DNA of 64,000 nucleotides, taken from the NCBI GenBank assembly GCA_044226015.1, contig JBGAHS010000007.1:513090-577089 (forward strand). The letters run 5' to 3'. A program made the position numbers and the translations under genes. This DNA comes from Candidatus Obscuribacteraceae bacterium. Its GTDB lineage: Bacteria > Cyanobacteriota > Vampirovibrionia > Obscuribacterales > Obscuribacteraceae. The notes beneath the pieces are model-generated. The model made no database searches. It worked only from the letters and a program-made list of their open reading frames with translations, and was not told the origin of the DNA. This document shows positions 8,906 to 18,264 of this stretch, piece by piece (within the stretch, counting starts at the first letter, position 1; each line of letters opens with the position of its first letter).

Positions 8906-10066
8906 ATGATGAAAACAGTTAAAACACTGGCACTGTGTTTCAGCGCATTACTGCTTGTACTTTCTATATCAGGCTGTCAGGCACTGCCTGGCAGCAAAGA
9001 AGCATCGCACGAAAGTAAGCAGGTCGGCAAACCAGTTGTCGAAGAAGCGGCGCTGAATGATGAAGAAGCATCTCATGTTTATCAGGTCAGTAAACCCCTC
9101 GTCAAAGACCTGACGATGAATGATGAGTATGTCTGCCAAATTAGAGCAATACAACACATTGAAATTCGTTCGTTAGAGAAGGGATATCTGGAAAATGTAC
9201 TTGTAGACGAAGGACAAACTGTTCACAAAGGACAATTGCTTTTTCAAATAAAGCCCAGTGTCTACCAAGCCGATGTTCAAAAGTCAGAAGCAGAGGTTGA
9301 GCTTTCCAAAATTGAGTTGGAGAACAACCAGGCACTCGTTGACAAAGATATTATTTCTGCCACTGAAGCCGCTATGTCTGCCGCTAAGCTGGCTAAAGTA
9401 AAAGCGGAACTAGAGCTAGCTAAAACGCATTTAGGCTTCACTGAAATTCGCGCTCCGTTTGATGGGCTGATAGGTCGCTTCAATGATGTTAGGCTAGGCA
9501 GCTTGCTGGAAGAAAACGAACTGCTAACCACTCTGAGCGATACCCATCGGCTGTGGGTGTACTTCAATGTGCCAGAAGCTGTTTACCTGGACTACATGAA
9601 AAACAAGCACCTTTCTCAGAAAGTCCAGCTAGAACTCGCCAACAAGGAAATTTATCCTGAGACTGGAACGATAGAAGCCATTCAATCAGACTTCAGTAGT
9701 ACCTCAGGCAATATTGCATTTCGAGCGAGCTTTAATAACCCACACGGACTTCTGCGTTACGGGCAAACAGGCACAATACTATGGCCGAAAAAAATCCAGC
9801 AGGCGATCATTTTGCCCCAAAAATCTACTTTTGAAATTTTAGACAAACGCTTTGTTTTTGTTGTCGACAAAGATGGTGTGATTCACGAACGCGAGATAAA
9901 AGTGGCTCGTGAGGCACCAAATATTTTTGTAGTTGCGTCTGGAATAAAGCCTGATGAAATGTACCTGCTTGAACAGCAGAACAAACTAGATAAGGGCGAC
10001 AAAATTCATTACAAGCTGATTGAGCCCCAACGTGCTATTGAGAGCTTGAAACTGTATGCAGAGTAG
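8906..10066 (+). CDS. RND efflux periplasmic adaptor (MFP), lipoprotein
   Basis: Lipobox-like ISGC; lipoyl motifs VDEGQTVHKGQLLFQI and IRAPFDGLIG. Confidence 0.95.
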   Translation: MMKTVKTLALCFSALLLVLSISGCQALPGSKEASHESKQVGKPVVEEAALNDEEASHVYQVSKPLVKDLTMNDEYVCQIRAIQHIEIRSLEKGYLENVLVDEGQTVHKGQLLFQIKPSVYQADVQKSEAEVELSKIELENNQALVDKDIISATEAAMSAAKLAKVKAELELAKTHLGFTEIRAPFDGLIGRFNDVRLGSLLEENELLTTLSDTHRLWVYFNVPEAVYLDYMKNKHLSQKVQLELANKEIYPETGTIEAIQSDFSSTSGNIAFRASFNNPHGLLRYGQTGTILWPKKIQQAIILPQKSTFEILDKRFVFVVDKDGVIHEREIKVAREAPNIFVVASGIKPDEMYLLEQQNKLDKGDKIHYKLIEPQRAIESLKLYAE

Positions 10067-10077
10067 ATTAGGTAGCT

Positions 10078-13000
10078 ATGTTTCGTAACATTCTAAAACG
10101 GCCGGTACTCGGCATTGTTATCTCTGTATTGATCGTTTTTGTCGGCTGCATGGCCATTGTGCAGCTGCCTATTTCACAGTTTCCCAAAATTGCACCAACC
10201 GTCGTCAATATTTTTATTGCCTACCCCGGTGCCAGTGCAAGTGTGCTTACCAATTCTACGCTGGTACCACTGGAAGCAGCCATTAATGGTGTTCCGGGCA
10301 TGCGCTACATGTCCTCTGATGCCACCAGTGCTGGTGAGGCCACCATCCGTGTGGTATTTGAACCTGGTACCGACCCAGACCAGGCTGTGGTCAGCGTCAA
10401 AATCAGGGTGGATAGAGTGATGACTTCGTTACCTGATCTCGTTCAACGAGAGGGTGTCATCATTTTGCCCCTACAGCCATCTATGTTGATGTATGTGGAT
10501 TTGTATTCTGACTCTGACTCATTTGACCAGAAGTATCTATTTAATTACGCCTATACCAAGCTAATACCTGAAATTCAGCGAATTACGGGGGTTGCTAATG
10601 CGACCTTATTGGGCAGCAGAACGTATTCAATGAGGTTGTGGCTTAAACCAGATCGCATGCGAGCTTACAACATCTCTTCTGAAGAAGTGGTTGAGGCGGT
10701 TAAGAGTCAGAGTTTAATCGCTCGCCCTGGGCAGCTCGGCATCAGCTCGGGGAAAAAAGCCCAGTCTACTGTTTACGTGCTTAATTATGTCGGCCGTTAT
10801 ACCGAGCCCGAGCAGTACGAAAATATCATTATCAAAAGTTCCGGCTTTGGTGAAATGGTCAAGCTAAAAGACATTGCCTACGTGGAGCTTGGCAGTGAGT
10901 TCTATGATATTTATACGAATCTGGATGGAAGACCATCTGCGTCTATCGTGCTGAAACAGACGCCCGATAGCAATGGTAGGGAAGTCATCAAAAAAGTCAA
11001 AGAAAAAATCAGCGAACTTTCCAAGGCATTTCCAGACGGTATACACGCCCAGTACAGCTACGATGTCTCCAAGTTCTTAGATGCCTCGATTGAGCAAGTC
11101 ATCGACACCCTCCGCGATGCTTTTATTCTGGTCACACTGGTCGTGTTCTTGTTTCTGGGAGACTGGCGTTCTACCGTGATTCCTGTTATTGCCGTACCTA
11201 TTTCATTAGTCGGGGCATTTTTTGTGCTCACGATGTTTGGTATGTCCATTAACCTGATTACTTTATTTGCTCTGGTATTGGCCGTCGGTATCGTGGTGGA
11301 TGATGCCATTGTGGTGATTGAAGCCGTCCACAGCAATATGGAAAAAGACCCGTCGCTAACGCCTTATACTGCGACTCAAAAAGCCATGGGCGATCTGGGA
11401 AGCGCTATTCTGGCCATCACTTTGGTGATGATTTCGGTGTTTGTGCCAATTGCTTTCATTCCTGGCCCGGTAGGTGTATTTTATCGGCAGTTTTCTATCA
11501 CGATGTCTAGCGCCATTGTAATTTCGGCTTTGGTGGCATTAACGCTAACGCCTGTTTTATGCGCCATGTTTCTGAAAAATCATGCCGGTCACAAGCGCTC
11601 TCGCAACCCTATTCAATGGTTTATTGGACTATTCAATTCCATTTTCGAATTATTCACCCGTGGCTACATGTGGCTCTTAAATCGCATCGTCACTCAAAAA
11701 ATAATATGCATGGTGGTCATCCTTGCGTTTGCTGCCGGCATTTTTTACATGAGCCAAAAAGTTTCATCCGGCTTTGTGCCGAATGAAGATCAGGGCACCA
11801 TCTACGCTATTGTTCAAACACCACCAGGGTCTTCTCTGGAGTATACAAACAAGGTGATGGGTCAGTTGCAAAAAGTGACTAAGGCTGTTGAAGGTGTCGA
11901 GTCCGTGACGTCGATGGCGGGTTACGAAATCATGACAGAAGGCAGAGGCTCTAACGCGGGCACCTGTCTTATCAATCTAAAAAACTGGGATGAACGCAAG
12001 CAAAATGTGCATGAAATTATTGAGGAATTAGAGCATCACACTGTTGGGTTGGGCGGACGGGTTGAATTTTTCGAGCCGCCAGCTATTCCGGGCTTTGGAA
12101 CTTCTGGCGGATTTTCGTTGCGATTGCTCGATAAAACCGGCGATCTCCGCTATCAGGAGCTGCAAGTTGCCACCCAGGAATTTATGAAAAACCTGCAAAA
12201 ACGCAAGGAGATTTCAGGGCTGTTTACCTTCTACAATGCGTCCTACCCTCAATATGAAATTAAGATCGATAACCAGATGGCCATGCAGAAAGGCGTTTCT
12301 ATTAAAGATGCTATGGATAACCTGGATGTTTTGATCAGCGGCTCTTATGAGCAAGGCTTTGTAAAATTTGGACGGTTTTTTAAAGTCTTTACTCAGGCAG
12401 CCCCTGAATACCGGAGAAATTTGGATGATTTAAAGAACCTGTTTGTCAAAAACGAGCAAGGGGACATGGTGCCCTATACGTCGTTTATGAGCTTGGAAAA
12501 AACAAAAGGGTCCAATGAAATTACGCGCTATAACATGTACAACTCCGCAGCCATTAGAGGATTCCCTGCAAAGGGGTATACGTCTGGCGACGCCATTCAG
12601 GCTATCCGCGAAGTGGCGAAAGAAACTCTGTCTCGCGAGTTCGACATTGCCTGGGAAGACCTGGCCTACGACGAAGCAAAACGAGGTAATGAATTTGTTG
12701 TTATATCTTGTATTGTTGTGCTTTTTGTCTATCTAGTGTTGGCGGCCCAATACGAAAACTTCGTGCTTCCTTTTGCGGTACTCTTTTCATTGCCCGTCGG
12801 TATTTTTGGCTCTTTCTCAATGCTTCAACTGATGGGTCTGGCTAACGATGTTTATGCACAAATTGCTATTATCACCCTGCTTGGTTTGTTGGGTAAAAAT
12901 GCTGTGTTGATCGTGGAGTTTGCGGTTCAAAAACGTAATGAAGGACTATCGTTGCGAGACGCTGCCCTTGAAGGTGCCAGGATGCGCTTTCGCCCTATCC

Positions 13001-13302
13001 TGATGACGTCCTTTGCCTTCGTTGCCGGGCTGATTCCGCTGGTGCTGTCACATGGCGCAGGTGCTGTGGGGAACAAAACCCTCGGTTCATCTGCGATGGG
13101 TGGGATGATTACTGGCACACTCATCGGTGTCTTGGTTATTCCCGGACTCTACTTTCTCTTTGCCACCATGGTTGATGGCAAAAGCCTGCTGAAAGGTGAA
13201 GACCATACCAGCATCACAGATTCTATTGTGAGGAACAGCTGGAGACAATCTCTGAAACAATCAATTAGTTTCTTCATTGATAAAATTAAGCCTAAGGATT
13301 AA
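10078..13302 (+). CDS. RND efflux permease, HAE1 (AcrB-like) family
   Basis: 1074 aa; LPISQFPKIAP, VVDDAIVV, GKNAVLIVEF and RFRPILMT motifs. Confidence 0.97.
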   Translation: MFRNILKRPVLGIVISVLIVFVGCMAIVQLPISQFPKIAPTVVNIFIAYPGASASVLTNSTLVPLEAAINGVPGMRYMSSDATSAGEATIRVVFEPGTDPDQAVVSVKIRVDRVMTSLPDLVQREGVIILPLQPSMLMYVDLYSDSDSFDQKYLFNYAYTKLIPEIQRITGVANATLLGSRTYSMRLWLKPDRMRAYNISSEEVVEAVKSQSLIARPGQLGISSGKKAQSTVYVLNYVGRYTEPEQYENIIIKSSGFGEMVKLKDIAYVELGSEFYDIYTNLDGRPSASIVLKQTPDSNGREVIKKVKEKISELSKAFPDGIHAQYSYDVSKFLDASIEQVIDTLRDAFILVTLVVFLFLGDWRSTVIPVIAVPISLVGAFFVLTMFGMSINLITLFALVLAVGIVVDDAIVVIEAVHSNMEKDPSLTPYTATQKAMGDLGSAILAITLVMISVFVPIAFIPGPVGVFYRQFSITMSSAIVISALVALTLTPVLCAMFLKNHAGHKRSRNPIQWFIGLFNSIFELFTRGYMWLLNRIVTQKIICMVVILAFAAGIFYMSQKVSSGFVPNEDQGTIYAIVQTPPGSSLEYTNKVMGQLQKVTKAVEGVESVTSMAGYEIMTEGRGSNAGTCLINLKNWDERKQNVHEIIEELEHHTVGLGGRVEFFEPPAIPGFGTSGGFSLRLLDKTGDLRYQELQVATQEFMKNLQKRKEISGLFTFYNASYPQYEIKIDNQMAMQKGVSIKDAMDNLDVLISGSYEQGFVKFGRFFKVFTQAAPEYRRNLDDLKNLFVKNEQGDMVPYTSFMSLEKTKGSNEITRYNMYNSAAIRGFPAKGYTSGDAIQAIREVAKETLSREFDIAWEDLAYDEAKRGNEFVVISCIVVLFVYLVLAAQYENFVLPFAVLFSLPVGIFGSFSMLQLMGLANDVYAQIAIITLLGLLGKNAVLIVEFAVQKRNEGLSLRDAALEGARMRFRPILMTSFAFVAGLIPLVLSHGAGAVGNKTLGSSAMGGMITGTLIGVLVIPGLYFLFATMVDGKSLLKGEDHTSITDSIVRNSWRQSLKQSISFFIDKIKPKD

Positions 13303-13312
13303 TCAGCCAACA

Positions 13313-14824
13313 ATGAGCGGAATAGACAGAAAAAAAATTGTTAGTCTTCTAACACTCCTGGTTTATTTGGGAGTTGTTCAAGGTCCTGTATTTGCGAAAT
13401 CGTGGGTTCGTCCGGCTGTCTTCTCAAAATCGTGGTTTCATCCGCTTCACCTGATCGAAAAAAAGGAGACATTCAACGTACCAAAGAAGTATGACACTCC
13501 GCTGATACCGAACACTAAGACCACTAATAAAGGTGTTGACAGTGCCGCTACCATTAGCTGGCGGAAATTTTTTTCAGATCCTTATCTCATCTCCCTTATT
13601 GAAACAGCCCTCGCCAATAACCAGGAATTCAATATCGCTATACAAGATATTGAAATTTCTGCCAACGAAGTGAAGGAAAAACAAGCTGAGTATCTGCCTA
13701 AGGTTGGCTTGGGGTTTGGTGCAAGTTACATCCGACCATCCGAAAACACCCCGGAAGGCGTGTTGGATAAAATTGTGTCCAGAGACTTTTATAAGTACCC
13801 GGACTATAACCTGAATCTTGGTCCTTCCTTGAGCTGGGAAGTGGATGTCTGGAAAAGATTTAGAAATGCCAAAGAGGCTGCCAGGCTGCGTATGATTGCA
13901 CAGTACGAAGTCCGGAATTTTCTAATTGCCAGGCTGGTTACTGAAATAGCGCGCAACTATTATGAGTTAATGGCTCTAGACACCTCTCTGAAGATATTAG
14001 ATGAAAACATCAGGATTCAGGACGCTGCTTTCCTGAAAATGCAAGCCTTAAAGCGTTATGCCAAAGCTAATCAGTTAGCTGTCAATCGATTTGAAGCGCA
14101 GTTGCTAAAGACAAAGAGTCAGCGGTTTGAAACCAGTCAGAGCATTGTTGAAAAAGAGAATCGTCTGAGGTTCCTCTCTGGTATCTATGATGAAGCACCA
14201 ATAATCAGGCACTCTGACCAGTTTATGACGTTGCCGGTGGATGAATTACAGACGGGGGTGCCTACTCAGCTTCTGGAAAACAGGGCTGATATTCGTCAAG
14301 CCGAAGCGGCGATTAAGGCGGCGAAGCTCGATCTGAAAAGTGTTAAAGCCCAGCTACTCCCCAACGTGACGATCAAGGCAGGAGCAGGTTACTCGGGGTT
14401 TGATCCCGCCCTGCTGTTTCGCCCAGAGTCGTTGATGTACAATGCGATTGGTGAGTTCATGGTTCCATTGATCAACCGAAAAGCAATTCTTGCGCGAATA
14501 CAGATAGCCGATGCTCACCAGAGTCAAGCGGTTTTGACTTATCAGCAGACTTTGTTAAACGCCTACACTGACGTTCTTAATCAGGTGTCAAAAATTAAAA
14601 AAATGCAGCAGGCTTTTGATACCAAAAAACGAGAAGTCGTGATTCTTGAGGAGTCCATTGGTACTGCAAACTTCCTGTTTAAGTACGCCAAGGCGAATTA
14701 CGTCGAAGTCTTGCTCACCCAGGAAGAGAAACTACTTGCCGAAAGAGAACAGGTTGAAGTAAAAATGAATCTGGTCGGGTCCAAAATTGAACTGTATCGC
14801 GCGCTAGGCGGCGGCTGGCGATAA
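13313..14824 (+). CDS. Outer membrane efflux channel, TolC/NodT family
   Basis: WEVDVW, PTQLLENRADIRQAE and terminal LYRALGGGW motifs. ATG at 13313 chosen over the overlapping 13277 start. Confidence 0.95.
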   Translation: MSGIDRKKIVSLLTLLVYLGVVQGPVFAKSWVRPAVFSKSWFHPLHLIEKKETFNVPKKYDTPLIPNTKTTNKGVDSAATISWRKFFSDPYLISLIETALANNQEFNIAIQDIEISANEVKEKQAEYLPKVGLGFGASYIRPSENTPEGVLDKIVSRDFYKYPDYNLNLGPSLSWEVDVWKRFRNAKEAARLRMIAQYEVRNFLIARLVTEIARNYYELMALDTSLKILDENIRIQDAAFLKMQALKRYAKANQLAVNRFEAQLLKTKSQRFETSQSIVEKENRLRFLSGIYDEAPIIRHSDQFMTLPVDELQTGVPTQLLENRADIRQAEAAIKAAKLDLKSVKAQLLPNVTIKAGAGYSGFDPALLFRPESLMYNAIGEFMVPLINRKAILARIQIADAHQSQAVLTYQQTLLNAYTDVLNQVSKIKKMQQAFDTKKREVVILEESIGTANFLFKYAKANYVEVLLTQEEKLLAEREQVEVKMNLVGSKIELYRALGGGWR

Positions 14825-15026
14825 TAAAGATTTCTCGTCGGATTCGTAGACGCTGCTGTTGTATAAGTGCCTGCGCTGTTTAGACCTGACAGATCGCGCT
14901 GATTGCTTTGATCTCTAACGTCTTGGAAGTCCGTTGCATCTTCTGCATAGAAGCCTGTCAATTTCTGAAATTTACGGAGATTTCAGCTGCATTCTGCTAT
15001 CTTTCGGAGACTTGAATTCGTGTTGG

Positions 15027-16541
15027 TTATTTTGTTGATTTCCATTCGTAAACGTATTTTGTTCCGCACGACCGTCCATTGTACATTGCAATAATCAATG
15101 CCATTTTACCTATTCCCTGATAGCTTGATCCGGGTGATGCTTGCACCGTCAGCGGTGCAGGATTTGAATTGTCTTTTCCTCCAATTTTTATGCCTCCTAC
15201 ACCAGGTCCACCGCCGTATGAGCCAGGGTCAATGTCGACTCGATCAAAAAAGACATCCATGCTCGTGTTTGCGGAATAGTGTTTTATCGTATTCTTGAGA
15301 ATGTATCCCGAAAGAGTGAAAGTCAATTTTTTGTCTGGAATAATTATTGCTGGAGCCTCTGAGCACTCGTACCTCACTGAGAGTACTTCTCCCGGGCACC
15401 CTGGTGTCGAGCAACCGTGGGAGTCCCATGTCAGCGTGTAGTTTCCAGCCGCCCCAGAATTAGTGTAGTTAGCATCGCTTATTTGAAATTCTTTAGTACC
15501 TACTCTTACCCAAGCCATAGCTGGTATGGGAGCGGGACGAGGACTTGAAGTTGTTTTTGTGCGTTGCTTTTGGGAATAAACAGCAGTACTCGAAACTGCT
15601 TGCGGCGGTTTGATGAGTGCTTTTAGTATTTCAAGTCTTTGCGCATTCGGCATTCCCTTTAACTTTTCGAACCAAGTGAGGTAGTTCTTTCCCCATGATT
15701 CAGGTAACTTGCCACCATTTGCTTCGATGGCGAGTTTACGCAGGTCTTCAAAATCTTGTGTGCTTATCTTTCCACAATCAAGATCCCAGTTTTGCATAGC
15801 GTTTGGTGTCTTCAATAAGAGTTCCGAATAACGCAATGATTGATTGCATACCTCGCGCCATGAATCACGCATCTTGTCGTTAAGATTAACGAGTAAGCTT
15901 GAGTCGGCCAGTTCGCCGAGAACTTTTGTTCTTAGAATGGTATTTTCTTTGCGCAGATCGTCCTCGGACACGCCGATGTGTTTCGATAAAAAATCGAATG
16001 GAATCGATACCTCGTATGGAATTTTTCCGACTGTGCTGCGCAGGTATGCTGTCATTTGAGCCTCTTGCAGCGCATGAATTGATTTTTGTTCAGCTGTGTT
16101 ATAGCGGAATGTGTCACCTGTAGTGCCGTTTACTTTTGGATGCACGTTGAGGTCTGTCGCACAATGTGAGTACCAACCAAATGCAAAAGCGAGTTGCTTT
16201 CGCGCTTGATCAATCTCAGCTGGTGTTTTTGCATTGTGGTAATTTCTCCGGGCATCAGTGAGCATTGATGCAGCAATATCTGCAGTCTGCTTGTAATGGG
16301 TTGCTGACTCTGCCAGGTCGGGACCCACACATCCGCCGTTGAATGCCTTTACTGCGTCTGGATATTGCAGAATCTGTTTTAGCTCTGGGTCTACATCAAC
16401 TCGACCCGAGCTGATGTTTTCCACAAGCTTCTGCCCAATAAGGAAATGACCCAGGGGACCAGCTGCCTGCGCCATATTGTCCGCGAATATACATCCTAAG
16501 ACAATTATGATGGACCAGAACTTTCTATATTTGAGCAACAT
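15027..16541 (-). CDS. Secreted zinc-dependent phospholipase C/P1-fold protein with an unknown C-terminal domain
   Basis: Signal peptide ending AQA; GPLGH, GCVGPDL, THY, GWYSHCATD, VHP, HALQE metal-ligand pattern; Pro/Ser/Thr linker, then a beta-rich domain. Confidence 0.75.
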   Translation of the reverse strand: MLLKYRKFWSIIIVLGCIFADNMAQAAGPLGHFLIGQKLVENISSGRVDVDPELKQILQYPDAVKAFNGGCVGPDLAESATHYKQTADIAASMLTDARRNYHNAKTPAEIDQARKQLAFAFGWYSHCATDLNVHPKVNGTTGDTFRYNTAEQKSIHALQEAQMTAYLRSTVGKIPYEVSIPFDFLSKHIGVSEDDLRKENTILRTKVLGELADSSLLVNLNDKMRDSWREVCNQSLRYSELLLKTPNAMQNWDLDCGKISTQDFEDLRKLAIEANGGKLPESWGKNYLTWFEKLKGMPNAQRLEILKALIKPPQAVSSTAVYSQKQRTKTTSSPRPAPIPAMAWVRVGTKEFQISDANYTNSGAAGNYTLTWDSHGCSTPGCPGEVLSVRYECSEAPAIIIPDKKLTFTLSGYILKNTIKHYSANTSMDVFFDRVDIDPGSYGGGPGVGGIKIGGKDNSNPAPLTVQASPGSSYQGIGKMALIIAMYNGRSCGTKYVYEWKSTK

Positions 16542-16753
16542 AGGTACACCTGTGGTTTCTTGCTCTTTTGAAATGGTAGCTCCTTACGCTGGCGAATTCA
16601 TCGAGCGAAGGGCTGATTGAGCAGGCTGAAAATGGTCATCCTATTGGTATCAGTCCATGTTCTGCGCAGCGAGTTCTGAGCATCTTTTTAGAGCTGTGGC
16701 TTTCAGGGTGATTCCTTTTTTGAAACTGCCATACAGTTAACCAAGTTTGCAAA

Positions 16754-16785
16754 GTACAGCGGATGCGTAAAGCATCCGCTTGTAC
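16754..16785 (-). terminator. Hairpin downstream of the oxalate decarboxylase gene
   Basis: agcggatgc/gcatccgct 9-bp stem with a 5-nt loop, extended by gtac/gtac. Confidence 0.55.
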
Positions 16786-16866
16786 AAACTAAGATTTATT
16801 CTTTAGCTAGAAACTTGGCGAATTTAGGCGCTTGGTTAATCTACTAGAGTTTAAACCGCTTCTGAA

Positions 16867-18063
16867 CTATTTATTGGTTTTCGTTTGGGAGAAGTTGGTA
16901 GGGTTGCTGAACAACTCTTGTTTCTTTTGAAGTCCTTTAATAACTTCAGGTGAAACGCCGAGGTTGGTTTCAAGCAAATATGATGGGTTGCTTGCTAACC
17001 ATTGCGACAGTGAAATTTCTTGATAATCGCCGCTATTGAAGACTGCAAGCATTTCGCAATCTTCTTCGCCGATTGATTCGATGTAGTGTCCATAACCTTG
17101 TGGAACGTAACCAACATCACCAGGTCCGAACTCACGAGTAATCTTACGTCCTTCAGAGCCGAATACTGTCATTCGAGCGCGACCCTTGAGGTAATATTGC
17201 CACTCGTCTGCGTTTGGATGCCAGTGCATTTCTCGGATTGCCAGCGGCTTTAATTTGAGAATTGCTCCAGTCATTGTAGTTGAGATGGGAAACTCTTTTT
17301 GTGATACCAGATTGAAGGTTCCACCAGGCACCACTTGCGGTGCCTTGGCACCAAGTCTAAATCTGTGTGTCAGAGGTGGTGGGTTCTGGCTTTCTGGCGG
17401 TGGTTCTGCCGGCAGTGAAGTAGGTACGGGTCCCTGAGCTATGTACACTTCGCTGCGTGGGAACTTATCGAAGGCTGAAACTGGCATTCCAAATTCTTTT
17501 GCTAGAACTTCTTTAGGAGTTTGGGCAAGCCAATCGCTCATGCTGAATGTTGCGAATTCGGAAAAATATCCGTTATCGAAAACAAGGATGAAATGACATT
17601 CTTCAGTTCCTATTCCTTGAATCGAGTGACCATGACCGCGAGGAAAATACCATACATCGCCAGGTCCAAAATCCTTCACTTCTGAACGTCCTTGCGGGTC
17701 TATCACAGTGATGCGGGCATGTCCCGAAATGACATACGACCACTCAGCAGCGTTAGCATGCCAGTGTAATTCGCGCAAACCGCCCGGCTTCAGGTACATG
17801 TTTACGCCAGCTAGTCCCTTTGAAATTGGGAAATTCAAAGCTGTTGCTTCGTTTGAGCGCCCGCCCTGGTAATCTTTTGTTGGCTGTTTGCTGAGTTCAT
17901 ACCTTATTTCAGGCATTGATTCTTTGCTCGCGTCAACAGCATCAGCGATAGTATTGATAATTTTGCTTCCAGCCAAATGTGACTCTTTTGCACAGACTGA
18001 CAAGTTAAAAGAAGCGACGCTTAGCAAAGCAGCTAGGGCCGCCATTTTCTGAAGGAATGCCAC
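16867..18063 (-). CDS. oxdC: Oxalate decarboxylase-family Mn bicupin with a signal peptide
   Basis: Two cupin motifs (RELHWHANAAEW, REMHWHPNADEW); lid FSEFATF retains the Glu; AGGAG RBS before the GTG at 18063; Sec-like signal MAFLQKMAALAALLSVASFNLSVCA. Confidence 0.9.
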   Translation of the reverse strand: MAFLQKMAALAALLSVASFNLSVCAKESHLAGSKIINTIADAVDASKESMPEIRYELSKQPTKDYQGGRSNEATALNFPISKGLAGVNMYLKPGGLRELHWHANAAEWSYVISGHARITVIDPQGRSEVKDFGPGDVWYFPRGHGHSIQGIGTEECHFILVFDNGYFSEFATFSMSDWLAQTPKEVLAKEFGMPVSAFDKFPRSEVYIAQGPVPTSLPAEPPPESQNPPPLTHRFRLGAKAPQVVPGGTFNLVSQKEFPISTTMTGAILKLKPLAIREMHWHPNADEWQYYLKGRARMTVFGSEGRKITREFGPGDVGYVPQGYGHYIESIGEEDCEMLAVFNSGDYQEISLSQWLASNPSYLLETNLGVSPEVIKGLQKKQELFSNPTNFSQTKTNK

Positions 18064-18264
18064 GATTGTCTCCTGATTCAAGTTCAGTAATTTTATCAAG
18101 GACATGAATTCGAAACCTGCTTGCCAACTGGCTTGGCGGCACTCACCGGCAAGAAAGTGTCTGGCTGTCAATGAGTAATTCCAAATCATTGGAAATAACT
18201 GGAAAGCAACAGTTCCGATAATTTTGATAGAATTGCCAAGGCGTGATATTCAAGTCCGCCAACG

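Noticed and set aside
18064..18189. N-terminal extension of the oxalate decarboxylase in the ORF track
   Set aside because: The RBS and signal peptide fit the GTG at 18063; the extension lies in the divergent promoter region.
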